Assembly (NCBI RefSeq): GCF_037042905.1
Contig: NC_087251.1
Location: 18,850,001-18,914,000 of the forward strand
DNA: 64,000 nucleotides
Reading direction: 5' to 3'
DNA from: Lytechinus pictus
Taxonomy: Eukaryota
Part shown: positions 52,940 through 64,000 of the stretch, in pieces
Layout of the letters: every line of letters starts with the position of its first letter
Position numbering within the stretch: position 1 is the stretch's first letter
The notes under the pieces: generated by a model
Told to the model about the DNA's origin: nothing
Databases searched by the model: none
Seen by the model: the letters and a program-made list of their open reading frames with translations, nothing else
Made by a program: the position numbers and the translations under genes

Positions 52940-54227
52940 TTATCTATGGCGATGTTTAAGAGGATAGATATCTTCTCTTCCAACTCATGGTGATAGCGGA
53001 TGCCGCCGTGAATTTTTAAAGGTCTTATTACTGACGGAGATCACTGCGCTACTCTCTTACCCCCTTTATGATAGACATCTTCTCTTCAACCTCGTGGTGA
53101 TAGCAGACCCCGCCGTGAACTTTTAAAGATCGTGCTACTGACAGAGCTCATTGCGTTACTCTCTTACATCGTTTATAATGATATAAATCTTCTCTTCAAC
53201 CTCGTGGTGATAGCGGACCCCGCCATAAACTTTTAAAGACTGTACTATTGACGGAGCTTATTGCGTTACTCTCTTACATCGTTTATGATGATATACATTT
53301 TATTTTCAACCTCGTGGTGATAGCGGATGCCGCCGTGAACTTTGAAAGATTGTATTACCGACGGAGCTCACTGCGCTACTCTCTTACCCCTTTATGATGA
53401 TAGACATCTTCTCTTCAACCTCGTGTTGATAGCGGATGCCGCCGTGAACTTTGAAAGGTCGTATTACCAAAGGAGCTCACTGCGCTACTCTCTTACCCCC
53501 TTTATGATGATAGGCATCTTCTCTTCAACCTCATGGTGATAGCGGATGCCGCCGAGAACTTTGAAAGGTCGTGCTACTGACGGAGCTCATTGCGTTACTC
53601 TCTTACATCGTTTATAGTGATATAAATCTTCTCTTCAACCTCGTGGTGATAGCGTACCCCATCATAAACTTTTAAAGACTGTACTATTGACGGAGCTTAT
53701 TGCGTTACTCTCTTACATCGTTTATGATGATATACATTTTATTTTCAACCTCGTGGTGATAGCGGATGCCGCCGTGAACTTTGAAAGGTCGTATTACCGA
53801 CGGAGCTCACTGCGCCTCTCTCTTACCCCCTTTATGATGATAGACATCTTCTCTTCAACCTCATGGTGATAGCGGACCCCGCCGTGAACTTTTAAAGATC
53901 GTGCTACTGACGGAGCTCATTGCGTTACTCTCTTACATCGTTTATGATGATATACATTTTATTTTCAACCTCGTGGTGATAGCGGATGCCGCCATGAACT
54001 TTGAAAGGTCGTATTACCGACGGAGCTCACTGCGCTACTCTCTTACCCCCTTTATGATGATAGACATCTTCTCTTCAACCTCGTGGTGATAGCGGATGCC
54101 GCCGAGAACTTTGAAAGGTCGTATTACTGACGGAGATCACTGCGCTACTCTCTCACATCGTTTATGATGATATACATCTTCTCTTCAACCTCGTGGTGAT
54201 AGCGGACCCCGCCGTGAACTTTTAAAG
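52940..54227. repeat. 110-bp tandem satellite, ~12 units
   Basis: The TTCAAC landmark ends at 53090, 53200, 53310, 53419, 53529, 53639, 53749, 53859, 53969, 54079 and 54189. Confidence 0.95.
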
Positions 54228-55979
54228 CTACCCAAAACATATTTCAAATCATCGTGCGTGCTTGCGACTTCTACTACATTTTAATTGCACTTGCGACTTT
54301 AAGATGATGCGTCGTAAGAGGTCATTCCAATAAATGTAAATCGCTAGCACCTAAAAATACTTTTAAAAGATGTCCCGCCGATCGTTCATTAACCTGTGAT
54401 CTATGAGAAATATTTTCATTTTATTTTCCTTTGCGCCTTTGCTCGGAAGATCTCGGAAGATGCGTCTTTCTTTATCTTTCTAATAAAAATCACTCGGTTT
54501 ATTTTAAAGCAATAACACCTCAAAACCCCTGGCTTTAAAACATGTTCCAAACGATCGCGCATGTTGGCGACTTCCATTCCAATGCATTCATCTTTGTGAC
54601 TTTGTCAGGAAGATGCGCGCGACCGTGAACAACATTTTGATGTATTCCTTTGTTTTTAAACATCGCCGATTCGATTTTCGATTCGATTTCGATTTTAGAA
54701 GCTTAACTGCCGATCCGATTTTCGATCTGATTTTTGATCCGATTTACAACATTACATTGAAAACTTAATGTATAATGTTCAAGCAAAGAAAATCAATATC
54801 AAGTCATGTTTACCCTGTGCACAAACCTACCACAGGGCAATTACCCCCGAAATAGGGTTAGGTTAGGTGTAGATTTTTGGATAGGGGTACAGTGTAGTTG
54901 TCCGGGGGGGGGGGGGTAATTGTCCAGGGTGGGTGGGGATGGGGGGAGGGGAATTGTCCGAGGGTGGGGGGGTGGGGGGTTATCGTCCAGGGGTAGTTGC
55001 CCTTGAACCAAAGAAATCATATGCCAATATGTCAAATCAATCTGAGTACTTTAAGATTTAAATAAAAAGCTTGTACAATTCCCCATAAGCTATGTATTAT
55101 AAATGTGCCATGCCCAAAACAAAGAGAATAATAAGATTTCGCAATCTTCTTTTGTCCACAAAAAGGCCTGTTTTTTCATCACAAAGATGACAATAACTCG
55201 ACTTCTAGATATCGGAATTTGAAAATTCAAACAGTTTTGTGAATCGTAGATATTGAGCCTCATTGTGAGCCCATCAAATATGCTGGAACAGCCTTTCCTA
55301 ATTTTCACCTGAAGTGCCTAATACGAGGTTAGTATATATACTAACCTCGTACAAGGGACCGTGTTTGACCCTGGATTTGAAGTAGTCGGCAAACATCGCT
55401 TCATTGCTGAAGTAATATTTGCCGAAACTCCTTCTCGCTACGCACCGGGGCTCTTTCCGGTAAGTAGCAATACATAAAAAATTATACATATGATTTTGAA
55501 ATGATTTCATTATAAAAAGAGCAAATTTCGCTTACCTCGGCCTAGCAAGTGACTTCGTTTGTCTCTTCTACGGAAATACAAGGAAGCCCGTTGGTGGCGC
55601 TAATAAATTTCACAACCTTGATTCAGCTCCTCGGTAATTTTATAACTGTGTCTAAATTCTTTGAATGTGCAATTCTTATGATTAATTGACTAATTATGGG
55701 CACCAATAAATGAAATACCTTAAAAAATATATTTCAAGATTACTATTGGCGATGATAACACTTTTTTGCAATTAATTTAAAACGACTAATGAAATAAAAT
55801 TGAAAAAAATACACATGCCTGGAACGAAACCAGCAGTACAAGCTTTAACACACACACACACACGAACGTCAATAATATGGTATACCAAAGTCTATACAAT
55901 GAAAAGATTGGACACTTCACGGACTTTGCGTAATGCCTTGCGTGGATTTGTGTGTAAAATAGTGTAGGTGCCTAGTCTT

Positions 55980-56152
55980 TCCCTTGTCGTGTCTTTGATA
56001 TGAATATAAATCGCGCGCCCTCTTTAGGAGAAATTTGATAACCACGCCAACCAATTTTTATCTCCGTGAAATCTTCACTAAAGATCAAGAAAATATACAT
56101 ATTTTTGTAAAGAAACTTCAAGGAGAAGTCACGGAAGGATCTAAATGATTCG
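55980..56152 (+). other. Probable non-coding first exon of the C19orf47-like gene
   Basis: Consensus donor TCG|GTaagt at 56153 in a CpG-rich region; 5' boundary approximate. Confidence 0.45.
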
Positions 56153-56330
56153 GTAAGTGTCATAGCAGAATGTGAAATACCAGATTATGCGTGATATTTT
56201 ATGTGGGCAAAAGCCCAATATATTTTCAATGTGTCGTGTGTGTTGTGTGAATATGACTGATATTCCTTCGCACGCGAGACGATATGAACCCATGGGTGGT
56301 CCTATCCTAGACCTAGCCGGTGCTAATTAA

Positions 56331-56910
56331 TAATGCAGTTTCGCACTGGCCGATTACCAGCATACCTCATCACCATAACTCATCACCAATACTTGTTACC
56401 AAATGTCATGACAAGTCTCTCAGTCACATTTCGATGTCAACTCAATATACCCACTGCTTTTCAAAATATTGCAAGCGGTAACGGCTGTATTTTGACTGCG
56501 ATCTCGAAGACATCGATCGACGATCGTTCAAATCCTCAGTCAAACATCGCTTCGCTTGGCGCTTCACCGCTCGCCGTCATGTTGATATGGACTGAAGTTA
56601 TGCGACCAAGAGATTCACATGCGGCATGCTGGCAGTTTGTTCGCCACATGTTCGCATGATTTGGTTGCTAACTTCAGTCCATATCAACATTATGGCGCAC
56701 GGCAAATCCAAGCGATCCGCGAAGCGATGTCTGCGGATTAGATCAACGACGTCGAGATCGAAGCCGAAATTTTACCGTTCCCGATCACGATATTTTGAAA
56801 AGCAGTGGGTATATTGATATCGAAATGTGACTGAGAGACTTGTCATGACATTTGGGAACAAGTATTGGTGATGAGGTATGCTGGTCATCGGCCGGTGCGA
56901 AACTGCATTA
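56331..56910. mobile_element. ~580-bp foldback MITE
   Basis: TAATGCAGTTTCGCAC...GTGCGAAACTGCATTA with inverted similarity extending almost to the centre. Confidence 0.8.
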
Positions 56911-58694
56911 GCGCCGACCTAGCCTGCTCCTAAACCTACAGTTACACAGATGGATGATGGCCATTGTTTTGGGCTAGTATTAGTAATGGTGGAGCAAACA
57001 AGGAAGATGCCTAACGAAAAAACTGATGCTAGCGTTGTGTGTTAGCGTGGCTCACCGCTGTGTTCAGTGCGGGTGTGAATGCAGTTGGAAAACACTCCGT
57101 CCATGGGAAAGGATGCAAATGTTGGTCCTGTGTATACTATAGGAGAGTCACAACCTACAGTGTATGTACGTTAAAACTAGGCCTGAGTCGAATCGATTTT
57201 AAAATTGGTGTTCAACCGATGTCATCGAACGCCGGTGCAGATTTTGCAAAATCGGGGCATCGAAAAAAACAAAAAAATATGTCGGCTGGCCGATTCGTTT
57301 GGTTCACACAATCAATCATCATATTATCAGTAATGTCCAACTTGACTACTACTTACTTGATTTATATTGCCCCCAAAATGAAACCGATTGTGTAATTATG
57401 ATGCCTATTCACCATTAATTTGAAGTTTATTTCGATCATAGTTCGAGTCTTACTCGTCTGTTCGTGCCGAGATAATTTATGCACGATGAATTCATGAATG
57501 GAAGTCATCGCCATCGATTGTACATGCGCAGTACTGTGCTTTAATCAAACCAGAAAATGGCCGGAAATTGATGCGATCAACGTAAAATAAATCTTGCTTT
57601 CATGAACAATATTACTATCATGACCATAGAACATTATTTAATCGTAATATTTAACAATAATTTGCATATGATAATCATTAATATGAATTTAGAGCTTGAT
57701 GTGAAACGTTTGTATTTCGTTTCAATTTTCAATGACGGACATCACATGACGATGGACTTGAGTGAGTGCACCGGGAGTGCACTTGTTTAAAAAAAAAATT
57801 ATTGATTCTCGAACAATGTCAACATGCAGAAACTCTTTTCAAGATCGTAATATCACCATATAATAACATTTTACATGACAAAACAGAGAAAATTGCGTTT
57901 AATTAAAGTGAATAACTATAAAATTCCAAACAGTTGCTGGATTTTGCTGCAGTTAGTGATTTATTGCAGCCTCTGTTGAAAAAAATTGAAAGGAATCGAT
58001 CGACACTCTGTAGTCACAGTTCCACACACAGAGTGCGCATTTGCCATTGAAACTGAATGCGCAAGTTGCTTTAAGATCCCCTACCATACAATCAGCTTAC
58101 CACCTTTCTGAAAAATATGCTGGAAAAATAGCAAATTTTGATGTCAAACAAACGGATCATGATTAGCCAGGTTCTTCTTTGATCGCCGTCAGCTACAGCT
58201 GAGCTGAGCGTACGGATGTGCCAGTGGATTGGCTGGCACGATTGTACGCCCAGCTGTAATGGTAGTTAAGCTGTGATGTATATAGAGCGTGTGTGCGGCG
58301 TCGGTAACAAGTGGGGCAAGATTACTCCTAATATTAAAGATGGTGCATTCATAGGCTGACATTGTGATGTGGTTACATTGTTGACTATATTGTGCTTTTG
58401 TACTTGACAATTAAAGTGATGACACAGTCACTGGGTCAGATGCATAAAAGGTAGTAATTGCTTTACTAGGATTTTGCTTGGCTTTTGCTTGATTCCGTAT
58501 GCATAAAAATGAGCGCGTAAATGCTTTTGCTAGTAAGTTGAAGCGATCGCTAATTGACGGCTAGCATTTCCTTGACGATTAAGCTATTACTAAAAAGCGA
58601 ATGCATAAAGCAAAATTTTAATATTTATCAAAACATTAACTCATCCTAACTGGTGACGAAGAATAATTTTGGTTGTGAAAATTTACCCACAGAA

Positions 58695-58895
58695 ATGTCT
58701 GAGTGGATTAAGTTCTTCACTGCTGCTGGTATCCCGGCTGGCCCAGCTGCAAAGTATTCTGTGGTTTTCCTTGACAATCGCATCCAGAAGAGCATGCTGA
58801 TGGATCTCACCAAGGAGTACTTGAAGGAGATGGGGATTTCAATCATGGGAGATGTGATTGCTATTCTCAAATATGCCAAGACAGCTCATATGAAG
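58695..58895 (+). CDS. C19orf47: C19orf47-like protein, first coding exon (SAM-like N-terminal domain)
   Basis: MSEWIKFFTAAGIPAGPAAKYSVVFLDNRIQKSMLMDLTKEYLKEMGISIMGDVIAILKYAKTAHMK closely resembles the N-terminus of vertebrate C19orf47 as recalled. Acceptor cccacAG at 58692; donor AAG|GTagg. Confidence 0.9.
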
Positions 58896-59388
58896 GTAGG
58901 CAGAAATGTTTAATTCTATAGTGCTCTTACATCATGTACAATCTATTAAAGATCAACACCATCAACAACAAAGCATTCTCATACAGCAAAAGAAAGAACT
59001 TTGCATTGTTTTTTACTTGATTTAGTTGATTACTGATTAAAAAGAAGAGTCATGACATATATTTTAAAAAATTCCTAGGAACAATACAGATGCGTGAATG
59101 TAATCAGCTCATTCCAGCATCTTGAGGCACATTCCTGAAAGGCTTTACCATCAGTCATGGCATATGTCTATGAAACAAGATGAAGGATATGACCAGTATG
59201 GGAGTGCAGTACAGGATGCACTGATTGATATGGGTGGATGAGTGTTAATCAAGTGAGAATACATACTGTATGTAAAAGAAAAATTATATTATCTGACTGA
59301 TGGTTATTTTTCATATTTCATCATTCCAAGTAACTTCTCTTTATTAACCCATTAGAAATTTGTTGGGGATCGTTGGGAACTTACCAGG

Positions 59389-60662
59389 TTTTTGTCTCAC
59401 CTGCTAAGCAGAGTGAGACTATAGGCGCCGCTTTTCTGACGGCGGCGGCGTCAACACCAAATCTTAACCAAAGGTTAAGTTTTTGAAATGACAGCATAAC
59501 TTAGAAAGTATATGGACCTAGTTCATGAAACTTGGCCATAAGGTTTATCAAGTATTACTGAACATCCTGCCTTAGTTTCAGGTCACATGACCAAAGTCAA
59601 AGGTCATTTAGGGTCAATGAACTTAGACCATGTTGGGGGAATCAACATCAAAATCTTAACCTAAGGTTAAGTTTTTGAAATGTCATTATAACTTAGAAAA
59701 TATATGGACCTAGTTCATGAAACTTGGACATAAGGTTAAGATTTTCACGTCACATGATTAATGTCAAAGGTCATTTAGGGTCAATGAACTTTGGCCAAAT
59801 CGGGGGTATCTGTTGAATTACCATCATAACTTTGAAAGTTTATTGGTCTAGTTCATAAAACTTGGACATAAGAGTAATCAAGTATCACTGAACATCCTGT
59901 GCAAATTTCAGGTCACATGATCAACATCAAAGGTCAATGAACTTTTGCCATAATGGGGGTATCTGTTGAATTACCATCATAACTTCTAAAGTTTATGGAT
60001 CTGATTCATGAAACTTGGACATAAGAGTTATCAAGTATCTATAAACATCCCGTCCGAGATTTAGGTCACATGACCAAGGTCAAAGGTCATTTAAGGTCAA
60101 TGAACTTTGGCCATGTTGGGGGTATTTGTTGAATTACCATCATATCTGTGTAAGTGTATTGGTCTAGTTCATAAAACATGGACATAAGAGTAACCAAGTA
60201 CCACTGAACATCTTGTGCGAGTTTCAGGTCACATGACAAAGGTCAATGGACTTTGGTCATGTTGGGGGTATTTGTTGAATTGCCATCATAACTCTGTAAG
60301 TATATTGGTCTAGTTCATAAAAATCGGACATAATCAAGTATCACTGAACATCTCATGCGAGTTTCAGGTCACATGACGAAAGTCCAAGGTCATTTGAACT
60401 TTTGCCATTTTAGAGGTAATTATTAGATTGCTGTCATAACTTTCAAATTCTATAGATATATATATAGTGTATAAAATGTGGATATAGGGGTAATCAAGTA
60501 TCACTGACAAGTTTTAGGTCACATGATCAAGGTCAAATATCAATGAACGTAGTATTGTATCATTATATGAATGGTGTTTTTTGTGAATAATTATTTTATA
60601 GTAGTTTTCAAAGTCAGCACTGCTGCTATATTGAATCGCGTGATGCAGGCATTCCACTTGTT
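59389..60662 (-). mobile_element. Helentron/HINE-like element, family A copy 3, in a C19orf47 intron
   Basis: Reverse complement of the same family. Confidence 0.8.
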
Positions 60663-60925
60663 TTTTTGATATATATATATATTATTTTCATTTTTTTGGG
60701 GGGTCAGATCACTCTCTATTTTTGCCAGGTAGATAGTAAAAATACTTATGGAAAAAAAAGCCAATAGTAGATCGTCAATGAATGACCTCTTGAATATTGA
60801 ATAGTTAATTTTTATGCAACAGCCACTTTTCTTTTATTTTATTATTCAATTCTTAGCATGAGTGAAATGTATCCTGGGGTGTATACCGGTACATTTTCCA
60901 TCATCATGGTAAATGAACTCCTGAT

Positions 60926-62082
60926 TTTTAGCTCATACGGCCTGAAGGTCCAGATGAGCTTATGCCGTGGCATGGCGTCCGTTGTCCGTCCACAATTTCA
61001 AAATGCTCATTCTTCGTCATTTCAAGACCAATTTCAATTCAGTTTGCTCTATATGATAGCACTAGGTGGGGGATTCTAAATTTCTACACAGAATTTTGAA
61101 ACTCATGCTGATTTCTGCGCATTTTTCTAAATTCACAACAAATACTTCTTTGTTCTTTATTTGTTGACTGATTTTGATTTTTTTTCTTCCATCTGGTAGA
61201 GCTACATTAGGGTCACCAAACTTCCACACAGAATCTTGAAACTTTGACTAGAAAATTATTTATGCTAATTTATGAGAAATTCTTCATTCATAAATCACAG
61301 AAAATGCCTCTTCTTTATTTGTTGACCGATTTTGATTTCTGTTCTTCCATCTGGTAAAGCTGCATGAGATTCACCAAACTTGTACACAGAATCTTGAAAT
61401 TCTGACTAGAAAATAATTTATGCTAATTTATGCGAAATTTATTAATAATCACCAAAAATGCTTCTTTGTTTGTTGACCAATTTCGATTTTTTTTTCATCA
61501 ATTTTGTAGATCTAATGGAGGGTCACCAAAATTCCACACAGAGTTTAGATATTTTGACCAGAAAATTATTTATGCTAATTCATGCAAAATTCATTCATAA
61601 ATCACAAAAAATGTTATTTTTTTATCCTTCATACATGTTTGTTGATCAATTTCAATTTTATTTGCTTTATATGATAGCTCTAGGTGTGGATACAAAATTT
61701 CTACACAGAATTTTGAAAATCATTAAATATCTTAAGTTATGCATATTTTTCAAAACTCACAAAAAAATGCTTCTTATTTATTTGTTGACTGATTTTGATT
61801 CTTGTTGTTCCATCTGAGAGCTACATGAGGTTCACCAAGGTTCTACACATAATTTAAAAATTTTGACTAGAAAATTATTTATGCTAATTTATACAAAATT
61901 TATTCATAAATCACACATAAAAAAATGCTTCTTCTCTGTCATTTCTTCATCAATTTAATTCTGTTTCCTCAATTTATGTCACCACTATAAGTCACTGCAG
62001 TGTCAACTGGGCTGAAATTAAAATTTTTTAAATTTTTGTTGCAAGATGCCGGATGAGCTCCACATCATTAATGTGCTAGTTT
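60926..62082 (-). mobile_element. Helentron/HINE-like element, family C
   Basis: Minus-strand start AACTAGCAC..GAGCTCATC; ~170-bp cores; GGAC microsatellite; terminal hairpin AGCTCAT...ATGAGCT. Confidence 0.7.
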
Positions 62083-62169
62083 TATTTGTTATTCTTACAA
62101 GGATATAAATTACAATCCTAGTACAATTTTTAATCTTTATTTTGTATTATATTCCTTTACATCTTGCAG

Positions 62170-62248
62170 TATGAAAATGAGAAACCTGCCATAACAGCCT
62201 TGTCCACTAACCCAGATGCTAAAGTGGAAGTGAAGAGACAGACTACAG
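62170..62248 (+). CDS. C19orf47: C19orf47-like coding exon 2 (YENEKPAITALSTNPDAKVEVKRQTT)
   Basis: cttgcAG acceptor, CAG|GTtagt donor, phase 0 to 1, open frame. Confidence 0.75.
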
Positions 62249-63189
62249 GTTAGTGTCAAAATGATATCAGTCTTGATGTGATTCAAAATTAGAATCACTA
62301 AGGCCTTGTTCATACATAGCAACAGCAGCATTTTTTCGAGAGCATTCAGACTTGGCAATGCTTGTGCCCTAAATCTCTATGTAGACGGGTACTTATTGAT
62401 TTTTTTAATTTGATTGGTCCACTGATTTTTTGTTGCTAGTTGAACAAATCATAATTGTGATATATATTTCACTATTTTTAGTGGATCATTCATATGTGCA
62501 AAATAGTACAGATTTCCCATATTTTTGTACGTAAATCAAATTTAAAGTATGCTTTTACACGGTAAAGTACGGATACAGGTATATAAAAATTCAATTTTGT
62601 GACTTGTGTTGCGTCCGTGTTAGTCATTTATATTGTGATTGTTTTGTGTTACCTTCTGTATTAGCATGGAAATGTGCGTCCTAGTTATAATCCTTGATCG
62701 TTTTTCGTAATCCACATTAATTTTATATCTTTAGGAAGTAATTTATTTTTCCAATGACCGTTTTATTTCTTGCCTCCGTCTCTGTTGAAGACAAGACAGG
62801 AATGTGGCCTTGCTGCCACCGCAATCGCCGCCACAGCTTAGCCGCAAAGTGCTTATGAAATGGGACTTTTTGGCCATGTGGAAAAACACAGATTTTTTAA
62901 ACCATAATACTGATTTTTAGGTGGAAGAATACTGAAATTTAAAATACGACTTGGCAGCTCTGCATCATATCCCATTGACAGCCGTAAAGAAAATATTCCT
63001 AAGCTATGTTGGTGAAACTTTGTGATTCCATATGTCTGAAAAATCTTACTCATTGATGATGCTAATACACTCATCTACATACCTGGATATCAATATATTA
63101 GATAATAATACATTAAATGTATGAATTTATGAAGCTAATTCATATATCTTAATATGGTTATATGTACATCCCTCTTCATCTCTTTTTAG

Positions 63190-63306
63190 CTGGAAACAGA
63201 ATGCTTGAGCACTACATGAGAAAGGAAGGCATCATGGAGGGAGGCAGTTCAAAGGTCACAGTATCACCTTCCATGGCAGTCAGACTTGGAGCTGTACCAG
63301 TTGGAG
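63190..63306 (+). CDS. C19orf47: C19orf47-like coding exon 3 (AGNRMLEHYMRKEG...GAVPVG); gene continues beyond the window
   Basis: tttttAG acceptor, GAG|GTatg donor, phase 1-1, open frame. Confidence 0.75.
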
Positions 63307-64000
63307 GTATGCAGGACATTTTGATAAATATTTGTTTTGATATGATATGTGATTCTTAGAAGTGATTTGAGATAACTTGTAACCCTGATTTAAGTCTTGT
63401 TAAACATGGTGCAACAGTCTGCCACAATTTAATGTTTATAGTGTTCAGACACCATTTAGCATAGATTAATGAACATGCACTTCATTTTGTCTAAGGTTGC
63501 ATGGACTAACTCATGGTATTATATTTTGCACTTACATGTAGATTATAAGAATTGTTCGGTCAACATTATTTTGTACTCAGGCAGCCTCCACAACACTTTT
63601 GGTTGCCTCATATCTTATTGATTTCGTACCAAAAAAAGTTATTGAGCTTTGTTGGTGGGCCATGTGTTTTCAAAGCTTTAGATTACTGTGCAAATTCTGA
63701 CTTTTTTAGGACAAAAATTTGGCATGTATTGTCTCCAGTATTTGCTTCAATGTATGCGATCAAGAACCTAATGGAATAGGGACCTGTATCATAAAAGATG
63801 CAATCAGTTGTACAATAAAGCGTAAGTGTGAGTCTCTGATAAACCATACAAACAGTTACAATCAATTCAGTTGTAAATATTAAGCATAAAGTCAGCCCCC
63901 ATGTATGACAAGTAGGACCGACTGAATAATATGATCTTGTCCTTATCAATGATGGATGTTCTTTGAATCATTTGGCACTAAGGACCATATTTTCATTGTA

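Larger units (their letters stand above)
50634..55320. mobile_element. 4.7-kb non-autonomous TIR element carrying satellites
   Basis: Perfect 12-bp TIR TAGGCACTTCAG / CTGAAGTGCCTA; 7-bp direct repeat ATACGAG at 50627-50633 and 55321-55327. Confidence 0.7.

Noticed and set aside
52940..54227. CRISPR-like periodic array
   Set aside because: The whole unit repeats, with no unique spacers and no cas genes; the context is eukaryotic.

Overview
Eukaryotic, AT-rich, intron-containing genomic DNA from an invertebrate animal. The repeat content suggests an echinoderm such as a sea urchin (inference). Three protein-coding genes can be rebuilt by hand. (1) Minus strand, ~22.4 kb to ~3 kb: a selenoprotein L (SelL) gene with 8 coding exons and 307 aa. 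Its active-site exon reads RHFA-TGA-LP-TGA-RTH, i.e. a U-x-x-U motif with two in-frame selenocysteine codons, and there is a candidate SECIS ~1.2 kb past the stop. The ORF track misses it because of the UGAs and short exons. (2) Minus strand, 46541-38728: a two-coding-exon EHD/RME-1/Past1 family ATPase of 540 aa. (3) Plus strand from ~56 kb: the 5' part of a C19orf47-like gene that runs off the window. The remainder is dense with transposable elements: a decayed Sola2 transposon, hAT-type MITEs with 8-bp TSDs, TTAA (Kolobok-like) MITEs, a P-like MITE nested in a SINE, Helentron/HINE-like elements with tandem cores carrying DR1 motifs, CR1 and L2 LINE fragments, tRNA-derived SINEs, and a 4.7-kb TIR element carrying a 110-bp satellite. 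No rRNA, true tRNA or CRISPR array was found.
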